DNA from: a virus
Taxonomy: Duplodnaviria > Caudoviricetes
DNA length: 57,783 bases
Direction: 5' to 3' (one strand)
IMG/VR virus record: IMGVR_UViG_3300043681_000015
Location: 1-57,783 of that record
The notes beneath the pieces were generated by a model. That model ran no database searches and was not told where the DNA came from. It saw only the letters and a program-made list of their open reading frames with translations. The translations under genes were made by a program, and so were the position numbers. Below are positions 33,620 through 42,589 of this stretch, in pieces (the first letter of the stretch is position 1; every line of letters starts with the position of its first letter).

Positions 33620-34779
33620 TGGCCGCTCTCGATGTGCCGACCGTCGACCCCGGCGCCGTCTTCGCCCAGCTCTACGCCGACCTGCACGGCTCAATCCTGA
33701 GCCACGTCCGAACGATCGTCGGACCGGACGCCGCCGAGGACGTCGCCCAGAAGGTGTGGGAGCAGATGCACCGGAAGCTCCCCCTCTATACAGGGCGGCC
33801 CGACTTCAACGGCCCGGCGCTGGTGCGCCGGGCCGCCACGAACGCGGCCATCGACTGGAAGCGCCGCGGACTCTCCGTCGCTGCCGGCGGGCGGGTGCGG
33901 TTCGAGTCCCTCGACGCATGGGACGGCCAGAGCACGCGCGCCGGGAAGGGCGTCGCCACGACGGTGGGGCGACTGGCAGATGCGCTGCGCGACGACGCCA
34001 GCCCGGAGTCGCTGGTCTGCGGGTCCGACCCGAGCGCGGCGCGCGAGTGGCTCGCGGTGGTCTACCTGCTCCTCCCCAAGCGCGACGGCCGGGCGCTGTG
34101 GCTCCGGGAGGTGGAGCAGCGGTCCTACGCCGACGCCGCGCGCCACCTGAACGTCACCGTCCTGGCGCTCAAGTCGCTGCTCTACCGAGCCCGCGAGCGG
34201 CAGGGCCGTCTGGCCGAGCGGGAGCGCGAGGCGCGGGCGACGGGGTGGGGCTTCGTGACCCGCTTCTGGTCGTTCGTGGACGCGACCGACCGCCGCGACC
34301 CGGAGCGGTGCTGGCGGTGGCTCGGGGCCTTCCACAAGACGACCGGGAAGCCGTGCTTCTCGGTCCGCCCCTACCGGAAGTCGGAGTCGACCAGCGTCAC
34401 GCCCCGGCGCGTGGCCTCCGCCCTGACGTTCGGCCCCCTCGGGCCGGGGGTGTACCTCTCCCCGGCCTGCGGCCACGACTCGTGCGTCAACCCGCACCAC
34501 CAGGTGCGGGTGCTCAAGACCGGCGTCCGGACGGCCGGACGGTTCCGGCCGGAGCGGATCGACCCGCTGCTCGCGCCGCCGCCGCCCTCGGGCGCCGAAC
34601 TCAAGCGGCGGCGGGAGGCGCTCGGGCTGGGGCAGCGGGAACTGGCGCGGCGGATCGGCTGGCACCAGCCCCGCATCTCCGTCGCCGAGAGCGGGCGCGG
34701 GCGCATCGCCACGGACACCGTGCTGGCGCTCGAGGAGGCTATCGCCCGGCTCGAGCGCGCGGAAGGGGCGGCGGCGTGA
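33619..34779 (+). CDS. ECF sigma factor fused to a degenerate HNH domain and an XRE HTH
   Basis: Sigma2 DAAEDVAQ..NAAIDWKR; sigma4 LP..R.AL.LRE....SYADAARHLNV....KSLLYRAR; RFWSFVD..CWRWLG..CGHDSCVNPHH; LKRRREALGLGQRELA. Confidence 0.8.
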   Translation: MAALDVPTVDPGAVFAQLYADLHGSILSHVRTIVGPDAAEDVAQKVWEQMHRKLPLYTGRPDFNGPALVRRAATNAAIDWKRRGLSVAAGGRVRFESLDAWDGQSTRAGKGVATTVGRLADALRDDASPESLVCGSDPSAAREWLAVVYLLLPKRDGRALWLREVEQRSYADAARHLNVTVLALKSLLYRARERQGRLAEREREARATGWGFVTRFWSFVDATDRRDPERCWRWLGAFHKTTGKPCFSVRPYRKSESTSVTPRRVASALTFGPLGPGVYLSPACGHDSCVNPHHQVRVLKTGVRTAGRFRPERIDPLLAPPPPSGAELKRRREALGLGQRELARRIGWHQPRISVAESGRGRIATDTVLALEEAIARLERAEGAAA

Positions 34780-35084
34780 TGGTCGCCCCGAAGCGCGTCC
34801 GGCGCTGCGACCCGGACACCCTGCGCGCGACCGAGGCGCTGCTCGCCGCCGGGTGGAGCCTGCGGCAGATCGCCGCCGGGCTGCACTACTCCCGGGTGCA
34901 CGTCACCGCCTGCCGCGACGTCCTCCGCGCCGAGGGCCGGCTTCACGAGCCCCGCGGCAGCCGGGAGCGCATCCCCTGGCACAACCCCGGCACGCGGGCC
35001 GGGGCGCTCGACCGGGGCCGCGCCCTGGTCGTCGCCAAGGTGGCGGCCGGCGAGTGGGTGCTGCCGAAGGGGAACGGACGATGA
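34779..35084 (+). CDS. HTH protein
   Basis: LLAAGWSLRQIAAGLHYSR..V motif. Confidence 0.55.
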   Translation: MVAPKRVRRCDPDTLRATEALLAAGWSLRQIAAGLHYSRVHVTACRDVLRAEGRLHEPRGSRERIPWHNPGTRAGALDRGRALVVAKVAAGEWVLPKGNGR

Positions 35085-35359
35085 GCCGGAAGGACGAGCG
35101 CACCCCCGAGGACCTCGACGTGGACGCCTACTTCGAGGCGTTCGAGGCGGGCTACCGGAAGGGCCTGCGGGACGGCGCCCGCGCCAAGGCGGTGCCCCCC
35201 AAGGCGTTCGGCCCCATCCGCGCCCCCGCCGTGTGCGACCTGTTCCCGGTCATGGCGAAGACGGAGCCCGACCGCCTGGTGACCCTGTTCGCCCTCTGCC
35301 GGATCAACCACCAGGCCAACCGCCGCAACGGCGCCCCGCTCGGGAGGCCCGTCAAGTGA
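35081..35359 (+). CDS. Hypothetical protein
   Basis: ATGA coupling to the upstream gene. Confidence 0.5.
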   Translation: MSRKDERTPEDLDVDAYFEAFEAGYRKGLRDGARAKAVPPKAFGPIRAPAVCDLFPVMAKTEPDRLVTLFALCRINHQANRRNGAPLGRPVK

Positions 35360-35589
35360 CGGACTCCGCCATCGGGTCGTGGGTGCGGGTGCGGTCGCTG
35401 CCGTTCGGCCTGGAGGACGCGCAGACGACGGACGGACGGCCGCTCGAGGGAAGGGTGGAGCGGCGCGGCGAACTGGACTACGTCCTGCTCCGCCTGAACC
35501 GGACGATCACCTACCGCCCTTCGGCCGCGCTGGCTTTCGGCGTCGAGCGCATCTGGATCGATGCGGACAACCTGGAGCCAGTCAAGTGA
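35356..35589 (+). CDS. Hypothetical protein
   Basis: GTGA coupling, RBS GGAGG. Confidence 0.5.
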   Translation: MTDSAIGSWVRVRSLPFGLEDAQTTDGRPLEGRVERRGELDYVLLRLNRTITYRPSAALAFGVERIWIDADNLEPVK

Positions 35590-35713
35590 TCCCCCTCGAC
35601 GCCACCGCCGTGCTCGCCGTCGTCTGCGCCTGCGTCTTCACGGGCGTGGGCGGCTACCTCTGCGGGTACCTGGAAGGGCGGGCGCACCGGAAGCAGGAGA
35701 CGGGCCGGTGAGG

Positions 35714-35947
35714 CTACTCGGCCGGCAGTCCGAGCGAGGGGCGGAACTCCGTCACCTCGTCGGGCTGCACGCCCAGCGCCGAGGCGATGGCCTTCATGGT
35801 GCCGACGCGCAGCTCGGTGCGCTTGCCCGACTCGATGCGGGCGATGGTGCCCTGGCTCACGCCGCTCTCGGCCGCGAGGCCGTGCTGCGTGAGCATCTTC
35901 CGCCTCCGGAGCAGTCGCATCGCCGGCACGGGCGCGCATTCTACCAC
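35714..35947 (-). CDS. XRE-family HTH regulator
   Basis: LRRRKMLTQHGLAAESGVSQGTIARIESGK..TMKAIASALGV. Confidence 0.85.
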   Translation of the reverse strand: MVECAPVPAMRLLRRRKMLTQHGLAAESGVSQGTIARIESGKRTELRVGTMKAIASALGVQPDEVTEFRPSLGLPAE

Positions 35948-36014
35948 CGCGTCACTCCTTTACTAGCCCTTTACTACGAGGATAGCACAGATACGTCCCT
36001 GTGGCGTACTCGGC

Positions 36015-36044
36015 TTGACTTCATAACGTCACAGCCGCTACACT
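36015..36044 (+). promoter_or_regulatory. Promoter of the replication operon
   Basis: TTGACT-18 bp-TACACT in an AT-rich divergent intergenic region. Confidence 0.6.
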
Positions 36045-36068
36045 CTTAACGGCACAGGAACGACATAG

Positions 36069-36890
36069 ATGGAAGTACGACCGACGGCGTTCCCTCCCAC
36101 ATCAGGACGGCTCTACGACTACGCGGCGGCGTACATCGACGCCGGGTGGTCGCTGGTGCCTCTCCGGCCACTCGACAAGCGCCCGCTGGTGGCGTGGGAG
36201 GTCTACCAGAAGCGGCGCGCGTCGTTGGCCGAGGTCGTGGGCTGGCTCCAGAAGTGGCCCGCCATGAACCTCGGCGTGGTCACCGGCCCGATCTCCCGGA
36301 TCGCCGTGCTTGATCTCGACGGGGACGCCGGGGTGGCGGCCCTCCGCGCCGCTGGGGTGGCGGTGCCGCCGACGCTGACGCAGAAGACGCCCCACGGCTG
36401 GCACGCCGTCTACCGCCTGGGCGAGCGCCCGGTGAAGACGGGCGCCGGCCTCTTCTCCCACGTGGACACGCGCGGGGAGGGCGGCTACATCGTGGTCGCC
36501 CCGTCCCGCCTAAGCGACGGCGCCTACCAGTGGCTCGCGCCGATGGATCTGGTGCCCGCGCCAGACTGGCTGCCCGACGCCGCGGCGCGAGCGGCGTCGG
36601 TGCAACGGTCAGCTGGTCAGGCGGACCGGGATACGTGGGTCCGCCGGGCGCTGGAAGAGGGAGCGGCGGAGAGCACCCGGAACGACACCGCGACCCGGCT
36701 GGCCGGCTATTTCCGAGCACACCGCATCCCCGAAGACGTGGTCGCCGCCATTATGCGGCCCTACGCCGACCGCTGCTCGCCGCCCTTCGAGGAGGATGAG
36801 CTGCTCGCGGTGATCCGATCCGTGGCCCGGTACCCCGAGGGGCCGGCGGGCACGCCGCCGGAGAACTACCTGGCGGTGCCGCCGGCATGA
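36069..36890 (+). CDS. Bifunctional primase-polymerase (Prim-Pol) with PriCT domain
   Basis: GW.LVPL..KRP, NLGVVTG..VLDLD, TPHGWHAVY, DTRGEGGYIVVAPS; RND..LAG..C.PP..EL..IRS. Confidence 0.9.
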   Translation: MEVRPTAFPPTSGRLYDYAAAYIDAGWSLVPLRPLDKRPLVAWEVYQKRRASLAEVVGWLQKWPAMNLGVVTGPISRIAVLDLDGDAGVAALRAAGVAVPPTLTQKTPHGWHAVYRLGERPVKTGAGLFSHVDTRGEGGYIVVAPSRLSDGAYQWLAPMDLVPAPDWLPDAAARAASVQRSAGQADRDTWVRRALEEGAAESTRNDTATRLAGYFRAHRIPEDVVAAIMRPYADRCSPPFEEDELLAVIRSVARYPEGPAGTPPENYLAVPPA

Positions 36891-38203
36891 CCGTCCAACC
36901 GCTCGAGCCGGCCGAGTTCAAGCCGGTCGGGGACGCCTACGAGTACACGTGGCCGGTGACGGGCATCCAGGTCGCTTTCGACCGCGTCGGAGAGTCGCGC
37001 GACGGCGGCCTGTGGGCGGAGGCGACCTTCGCCCGGTGGACGCCGGGGCAGGAGCCCCGCCTCCTGCACGACACGCGCTTCAACCTCCTCGCTACGGCGA
37101 CCAAGGCGGGTCTGGTCAAGACGCTCGAGCGCCAGACCGCCGACGAGGCCATCGACTGGACGAACCTGCTCGAGACGGCGTGCTTCCTGGTCAAGCGCCG
37201 CTTCCGGGACGGGGAGCCGGCGGTCGACCTCGGCCTGATGGAGCGGCGCCCTCGGGCGCAGTGGACGATCCGCCCGTACCTCGCCCCGGACCGCCCCGCC
37301 GTCATCTTCGGCCCCGGCGGCTGTGGCAAGACGTGGTTCGGGCTGACGCTGGCCCTGGCGGCGGCGTGCTGCCGGCCCATCATCGGCCAACCCTTGGGCG
37401 ATCCGAGGCGGGCGCTGGTGCTGGACTACGAGGCCAACGGCGACGTCCACCAGGAGCGGCTCGACGCCATCTATCGGGGCGCCCGGCTCGGTAAGCAACT
37501 GCCGCCGGGCCTGATCTTCCACCAGCGGATGTCGGCCCCCCTGGTGGCCGCGGCCGGCGGTATCCGCCGGCGCATCGCCAAGGACGGCATCGGGCTGATC
37601 CTGATCGACAGCCTGGCCCAAGCGGCCGGGGAGCTAGAGGAGAGCGGGCCTATCGTGCAGTGCTTCGGAGCCATGCGCTCCTTCGGCGTGCCGGTGATCG
37701 TGATCTCTCACGTCACCAAGATGTCCATGCAGAACGCCGACGAACCGGGGAACACGCAGCGCCGACTTTCGCCGTTCGGCTCGGTCTATACCGAGAACAG
37801 CGCGGGAAACTGTTGGAGTTTGCGCCGTCGGGGCGACGAGGGAAGTGATGCGTCTTCGCTCATGCTCACGCATGAGAAGACCAACAACCACCGCTACCAG
37901 CCGCGGCACGCCTACCGGGTGACCTTTACGCCAGGTGCGGATGAGGATGCTCCTCCGGCCAGCGTCACCTACGCCCGGGAGGACTTCGCCGCAGCCTTCG
38001 CGGACCGGATGCCCCTGACGGATCAGATCGAGCACGCGCTCAAGCCCGGGCCGATGCCGATCGCCGACCTCGTCGAGACGTTCTCCGACGAGCGCCCGCA
38101 GAACGTGCGGGCCACCGTCTCCAACCTCAAGCGGAGTGGACGGATTATCCAGCTCCAAGACCACCGCTACGCCCTCTCCGCGAGCCACGACCATGCAATG
38201 TAA
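36887..38203 (+). CDS. AAA_25/RepA-like replicative helicase
   Basis: Walker A GPGGCGKT, LDYE, Walker B ILIDS, ISHVTK, PFGS; follows the primase. Confidence 0.85.
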   Translation: MTVQPLEPAEFKPVGDAYEYTWPVTGIQVAFDRVGESRDGGLWAEATFARWTPGQEPRLLHDTRFNLLATATKAGLVKTLERQTADEAIDWTNLLETACFLVKRRFRDGEPAVDLGLMERRPRAQWTIRPYLAPDRPAVIFGPGGCGKTWFGLTLALAAACCRPIIGQPLGDPRRALVLDYEANGDVHQERLDAIYRGARLGKQLPPGLIFHQRMSAPLVAAAGGIRRRIAKDGIGLILIDSLAQAAGELEESGPIVQCFGAMRSFGVPVIVISHVTKMSMQNADEPGNTQRRLSPFGSVYTENSAGNCWSLRRRGDEGSDASSLMLTHEKTNNHRYQPRHAYRVTFTPGADEDAPPASVTYAREDFAAAFADRMPLTDQIEHALKPGPMPIADLVETFSDERPQNVRATVSNLKRSGRIIQLQDHRYALSASHDHAM

Positions 38204-38274
38204 GCCTTATATAAGCGCGAGTAAGTCTTATATAAGTAAGCCCCCTTGCTTACAAGGGCAAGGGCTTACATTGC
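38195..38274. other. Candidate replication origin (AT-rich iteron/palindrome array)
   Basis: GTAAG(C/T)CTTATATAAG at 38200 and 38221; flanking inverted repeat GCAATGTAAGCC / GGCTTACATTGC; five GTAAG/CTTAC units. Confidence 0.65.
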
Positions 38275-38312
38275 TCGTGGGATTGCGTAGCGGGGCAGGG
38301 AGGGAACCCCCT

Positions 38313-38714
38313 ATGGCGACCGTGAGCCTGCTCGACCTCCTGGCGCCGCAGGCGGCTGTGGCCCCGGCCCCCCCGGTGGTGGGCGGGACGTGGGCGCTCA
38401 ACCCGCGACCCGACCTGGCGGACGACGCCGACCTGTGGCGCCGACTGCTGGCGGCGGCAGCCCTTAACGATGACCCGGACATCTACGGCGTGCTCCACGG
38501 TGTCCGGTGCTGCGGGGCGCGCTTGGTGAAGAGCGGCGCTGGTTACCGGATTACGCCTCCGGCGGCCGAGGACGGCCCGCTCTCCTACCACCTTCCGGAC
38601 CCGGAGACGGGAGAGATTGGCTCTTGGGAGACCGATCGGAGGGAGTGGTTGCTCCCCCGTCGAGCCGTGTTGACCACTCTTCTCCGCCAGTTGCGAGCAG
38701 AGGCTTCGGAATGA
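38313..38714 (+). CDS. Hypothetical protein
   Basis: RBS GGAGG; ATGA coupling downstream. Confidence 0.55.
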   Translation: MATVSLLDLLAPQAAVAPAPPVVGGTWALNPRPDLADDADLWRRLLAAAALNDDPDIYGVLHGVRCCGARLVKSGAGYRITPPAAEDGPLSYHLPDPETGEIGSWETDRREWLLPRRAVLTTLLRQLRAEASE

Positions 38715-39337
38715 CGGCATGGCGTGACTCGCGGCAACCGGCGAAGCCCCCTCGGCGGCGGTGGACGCCGCCGAGTCGAGAGCTAACGGCCCAGGAGCAA
38801 GAGTGGCTGAACCGGGAGATCGAGCAGCCACAGGAGTGCCCGCATACGCGGACCGAACTCCGCCTGATGACGAAATCGAACAACACTACCGAGGTCCGGT
38901 GGCAGTGCGTCTACTGCGGGGCTCAGTGCGGGGTGGTCAAGAAGCAAAGCATTCCCCCCGCTCAACTGGCGGCGCTTCCGCCCTGGGAACCGGACCGGCA
39001 AACCGAGTGGTACCGGGCACGGGGAGAACTCCGCCAAGGGAGGCAAGAGGCGCGCGAGGCACTGCGCCAGCAGTTGCTGAACGGCAAGCGGGCCGAGTGG
39101 AGACAGTGGTACGAGAACTACCTGGCCTCGCCCGAATGGCGAGAGAAGCGGCTGTTGGTGCTGGCCCGTGCGAGTCGGCTGTGCGAGGGGTGCCGGCTGG
39201 CGGTTGCGAGCGAGGTGCATCACACGACGTATGACCACGTCGGAGACGAACTCCTCTTCGAGCTGGTGGCGCTGTGTGAGGAATGCCACCAGCGGACGCA
39301 CGGTTACCCGGATAGGCCGCCGTTTGATGAGGGCTGA
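38711..39337 (+). CDS. HNH endonuclease-like protein with N-terminal Zn ribbon
   Basis: YLASPEWREKR..CEGC..VHHTTY..LVALCEECH..H; upstream CPH..CVYCG. Confidence 0.8.
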   Translation: MTAWRDSRQPAKPPRRRWTPPSRELTAQEQEWLNREIEQPQECPHTRTELRLMTKSNNTTEVRWQCVYCGAQCGVVKKQSIPPAQLAALPPWEPDRQTEWYRARGELRQGRQEAREALRQQLLNGKRAEWRQWYENYLASPEWREKRLLVLARASRLCEGCRLAVASEVHHTTYDHVGDELLFELVALCEECHQRTHGYPDRPPFDEG

Positions 39338-39343
39338 GCGCGC

Positions 39344-40033
39344 ATGACAACTACGGTGCGCCAGCGGTTCAAGCTGTCGCCTTCTGACCTGACCTTTCTC
39401 TGGAAAGACTGCCGGCGGTGCTTCTACGACAAGTGCCACGGCATTGCAGTCCAACCACGGCTGCCGATGCCGAGCGTCTTCACCCGCATCGACCGAGCGA
39501 TGCGTGACTTCTTCGAGCCGAGGGGGACTGCGTGGCTCTCCCCGACGCTGCCACCGGGAACGGTGGATTGCCGGGACCGCTTCCTCACCTCAGAGGCGAT
39601 CGCGGTTCCCGGGTACTCGGAGACGTGCTACCTGCGGGGCAAGACGGACTGCCTGCTGCGGTTCGACGATGGCACGTTCGGCGTCGTGGACTTCAAGACG
39701 GCGAACCCGAGCGATGGCCAGGTCGAACTCTACATCCGCCAGCTCTGGGCTTACGCCTACTGCATGGAGCACCCCGAGAAGCCGAGCGAACTGATGGCCC
39801 CGGTGGCCCACATGGGGCTGCTGTGCTTCGAGCCGGGGGAGATGCAGATGCTCATCGGCCAGGGGCCGACGTGTCTGCTCCACGGCAGGCCGGTGTGGAA
39901 GCCGCGGACGTGGGACGAGGGCGCGTTCATCGACTTCCTCGGTGGGGTCATGGACGTGCTCACCGGGGGAACTCCGCCGCCGGATGAGTCCTGCAAGTTT
40001 TGCCTGTATCGGATGAAGGGGGTGCCGGCGTGA
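39344..40033 (+). CDS. PD-(D/E)xK nuclease (RecB/Cas4-like)
   Basis: LSPSDL..C.RCFY, LRGKTD, VVDFKT, QL.AY, CKFC. Confidence 0.85.
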   Translation: MTTTVRQRFKLSPSDLTFLWKDCRRCFYDKCHGIAVQPRLPMPSVFTRIDRAMRDFFEPRGTAWLSPTLPPGTVDCRDRFLTSEAIAVPGYSETCYLRGKTDCLLRFDDGTFGVVDFKTANPSDGQVELYIRQLWAYAYCMEHPEKPSELMAPVAHMGLLCFEPGEMQMLIGQGPTCLLHGRPVWKPRTWDEGAFIDFLGGVMDVLTGGTPPPDESCKFCLYRMKGVPA

Positions 40034-40491
40034 GCGAACCGTTGCCCGGTCAGTTGGGCTTCTGGGAGGCGCCCCGTCAGGGGCGGACGGGCGAAGACCT
40101 GCGGCGGGAGCTGCTCGCTTCCTTCGATCGGGGCGAGCGGGAGCCCACCGGCGCCGAGCTGCGGGACGCGGGGGTGGCGGCCGCGGCGCGGGCGCAGGAC
40201 AAGGCGGACCCGGTGTGGAAGGAGCTGGCCTACGCCGCGCTCCTGCGGGTGGCCGAGCGGCAGGCGTGGGTCCACCGGGACGACGTGGCCGCGGAGTGCG
40301 GGCTGTCGCCCCACTCGGCCAACGCCTGGGGCGCCGTCTGGCTGAAGGCGGTGCGGCAGGGGGTGTTGGTCGACCGGGGGCGGAGCCGGCGGACGGCCGA
40401 CCCGAGGAAGCACGCGCACAAGTACACGCTCTGGTACTCGATGCGGTTCAAGGTGGGGGCGCCGACCGAACACGAAGGAGACGCCGCATGA
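40030..40491 (+). CDS. Hypothetical protein
   Basis: GTGA coupling; LRDAG..W...A..NAWGAV..W pattern seen in phage early proteins. Confidence 0.55.
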   Translation: MSEPLPGQLGFWEAPRQGRTGEDLRRELLASFDRGEREPTGAELRDAGVAAAARAQDKADPVWKELAYAALLRVAERQAWVHRDDVAAECGLSPHSANAWGAVWLKAVRQGVLVDRGRSRRTADPRKHAHKYTLWYSMRFKVGAPTEHEGDAA

Positions 40492-41024
40492 CCCGCCGCC
40501 GACTCACCGCCCTCGCCCTGGCCCTCTGCGCGGCGCTGCCCGCGCTGTTCAACGCCGACGTCGCCAGGGCCGAGACGCCGCCGGCCGAGCACCTCCACAG
40601 CGCCACCATCGACCTCGGAGCGGGCTGGGGGCAGACCGTCTGGCTGGACGAGCAGGAGCGCCCGTTCGACCTGGGGCTGGTGTTCCGGCTGCCGGCGCCC
40701 AAGGCGGTGCCGGGGATCGCCATCCCGGTGGTGTACGAGGGGGACGTGCCGGGGATGATCCGGAGCGCCGCCGCCCGCTGGGGGGTGGACGCCGGGCGCA
40801 TGGACCGCATCGCCAAGTGCGAAAGCCGGTACGACCCCCGGGCGACGTCGAAGGGCGGACACCGGGGCATCTTCCAGTTCGACGGCCCTACCTGGCGGGG
40901 GCGGGCGGGCTGGGCTGGCGTGTCGACGGACTTCGCGGTGGCCTACGACGCGCGGGCGAACGTCGAGGTGGCGGCGGCCACGATGGCGCGGGGCGAGTGG
41001 TCGCGGTGGGAGTGCAGAGGGTGA
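40488..41024 (+). CDS. Secreted lysozyme-like transglycosylase (Rpf/SLT-like)
   Basis: Signal peptide; IAKCES (catalytic Glu), GIFQF..TW, W.C C-terminus. Confidence 0.8.
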   Translation: MTRRRLTALALALCAALPALFNADVARAETPPAEHLHSATIDLGAGWGQTVWLDEQERPFDLGLVFRLPAPKAVPGIAIPVVYEGDVPGMIRSAAARWGVDAGRMDRIAKCESRYDPRATSKGGHRGIFQFDGPTWRGRAGWAGVSTDFAVAYDARANVEVAAATMARGEWSRWECRG

Positions 41025-42589
41025 CCGTCACCGTCAAGCCGGGCCACGTCCTCGACGTCCTCGCCTCGCTGCCTCCCAAGAGCGTCCACGTCTGCGTCAC
41101 CTCGCCGCCGTACTGGGGCCTCAGGGCCTACGGCACGCCGCCCCAGGTGTGGGGGGCAGCCGAAGGCTGCGAGTGCGTCTGGGGTCCGGTGATCTTCGAC
41201 AAGAAGCGGGGGCAGGACGCGGGAGCCACGGCCCGGGCGGGCAACACCAAGAAGCGGGTCTGTCCCCCGGAGACGCAGCAGGGCGCGTTCTGCCAGCGGT
41301 GCGGCGCGTGGCGGGGGGAACTGGGATCGGAACCCACCTTAGAGCTGTTCGTGGCGCATCTGGTGGAGGTGTTCGAGGGCGTCAAGCGGGTGCTGCGGGA
41401 CGACGGCACCCTCTGGGTCAATCTGGGGGACAGCTACAACCACGCCCAGGTCGAACGGAATGCGGACGAGGGCGGGGCGTTCGCCAGAACCGGCCGCCAA
41501 GAGGGACTGAAGACATCCCGAGCGAAGCCGAGCGTCCCGGGTCTGAAGACCGGCGACCTGTGCATGGCCCCCGCCCGCTTCGCCCTGGCGATGCAGGAGG
41601 CGGGCTGGCGGCTGCGGAGCGAGATCACGCTCTGCAAGACGGCGCCCATGCCGGAGTCCGTTCAGGGGGCTCGTTTTGAGCGATGCCGGGTGCGTCGGAG
41701 TGCGAGCACGAGTGCTCGCACTCCGTACCTTGCCAATGCCTACGGGGAGGCGCCGCAGGGGCAGCAGACGGCCGGCGTGATCGACGGGAGCGCCGAGTGG
41801 GCGGACTGCCCCGGCTGCCCCAAGTGCGCGGCGACGGATGGCTACGTGCAGCGGTGGGGGAGCGGGCGACCCACCAGCGCGACGGAGAAGCTCTACGTCT
41901 TCGCCAAGGGGAGCGGCCCCTACTTCTACGACATCGAGGCGGTGCGGGTGCCCAACAGTCAGGGCGCCATTGAGCGGTTCGGGAAGGACGCGCGCATCAG
42001 CGTCGAGGGACGCAAGTACGAGGGGATGGACGGCACGAGCCTCGCCGCCGCCGCGACCAGGATGCCTGTCTGGCAGGGCAACGGCCGCAACCTCTGGAAC
42101 TACGTCATGTGGTCGCCCGAGCCCTTGCAGGCGGCCCACTACGCCGCCTACCCCCGGTGGCTGCCCCGGCTGGCGATCCAGGCCGGGACGAGCGAGCGGG
42201 GGGTGTGCCCCTCCTGCGGGGCGCCCCACCTTCGCATCGTGGACAAGCGGTACGTCAAGAGCCCGGTTCACGGTGAGGGTTCGGTAGTCGGGCGCCACTA
42301 CGAGACGGGGGCGAACGGCTGGGACGGCGCCGGCCTGCCTCGGGTCAACGCCGAAACTACCACCCTCGGCTGGCGCCCCTCCTGCCCGGCGGCCTGCCAC
42401 CAGGGCCGCCCCGCTGCGCCCGCGACCTGTCTCGACCCCTTCTCCGGCAGCGGCACCACCGTGATCGAGGCCAACGCCCTCGGCCGGCACGGCATCGGCA
42501 TCGAGCTGCAAGCCAAGTACGTCGACATCGCGCACCAGCGGCTCTCGGGGCAGCCGCTCTCCCTGTTCGCCCAAGAGGCGGCCGGATGA
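41021..42589 (+). CDS. DNA N4-cytosine/N6-adenine methyltransferase with Cys-rich insertions
   Basis: VTSPPYWGLR, LWVNLGDSY, PMPESV, HYAAYP, LDPFSGSGTT, GIEL. Confidence 0.9.
   Translation: MTVTVKPGHVLDVLASLPPKSVHVCVTSPPYWGLRAYGTPPQVWGAAEGCECVWGPVIFDKKRGQDAGATARAGNTKKRVCPPETQQGAFCQRCGAWRGELGSEPTLELFVAHLVEVFEGVKRVLRDDGTLWVNLGDSYNHAQVERNADEGGAFARTGRQEGLKTSRAKPSVPGLKTGDLCMAPARFALAMQEAGWRLRSEITLCKTAPMPESVQGARFERCRVRRSASTSARTPYLANAYGEAPQGQQTAGVIDGSAEWADCPGCPKCAATDGYVQRWGSGRPTSATEKLYVFAKGSGPYFYDIEAVRVPNSQGAIERFGKDARISVEGRKYEGMDGTSLAAAATRMPVWQGNGRNLWNYVMWSPEPLQAAHYAAYPRWLPRLAIQAGTSERGVCPSCGAPHLRIVDKRYVKSPVHGEGSVVGRHYETGANGWDGAGLPRVNAETTTLGWRPSCPAACHQGRPAAPATCLDPFSGSGTTVIEANALGRHGIGIELQAKYVDIAHQRLSGQPLSLFAQEAAG

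Noticed and set aside
39344-40033. Cas4-like nuclease as evidence of CRISPR-Cas
   Set aside because: A solo PD-(D/E)xK nuclease in a phage replication module; no array or other cas genes.
41655-41865. Intein in the methyltransferase
   Set aside because: The insert is short and lacks the Cys/Ser start and His-Asn end splice motifs.
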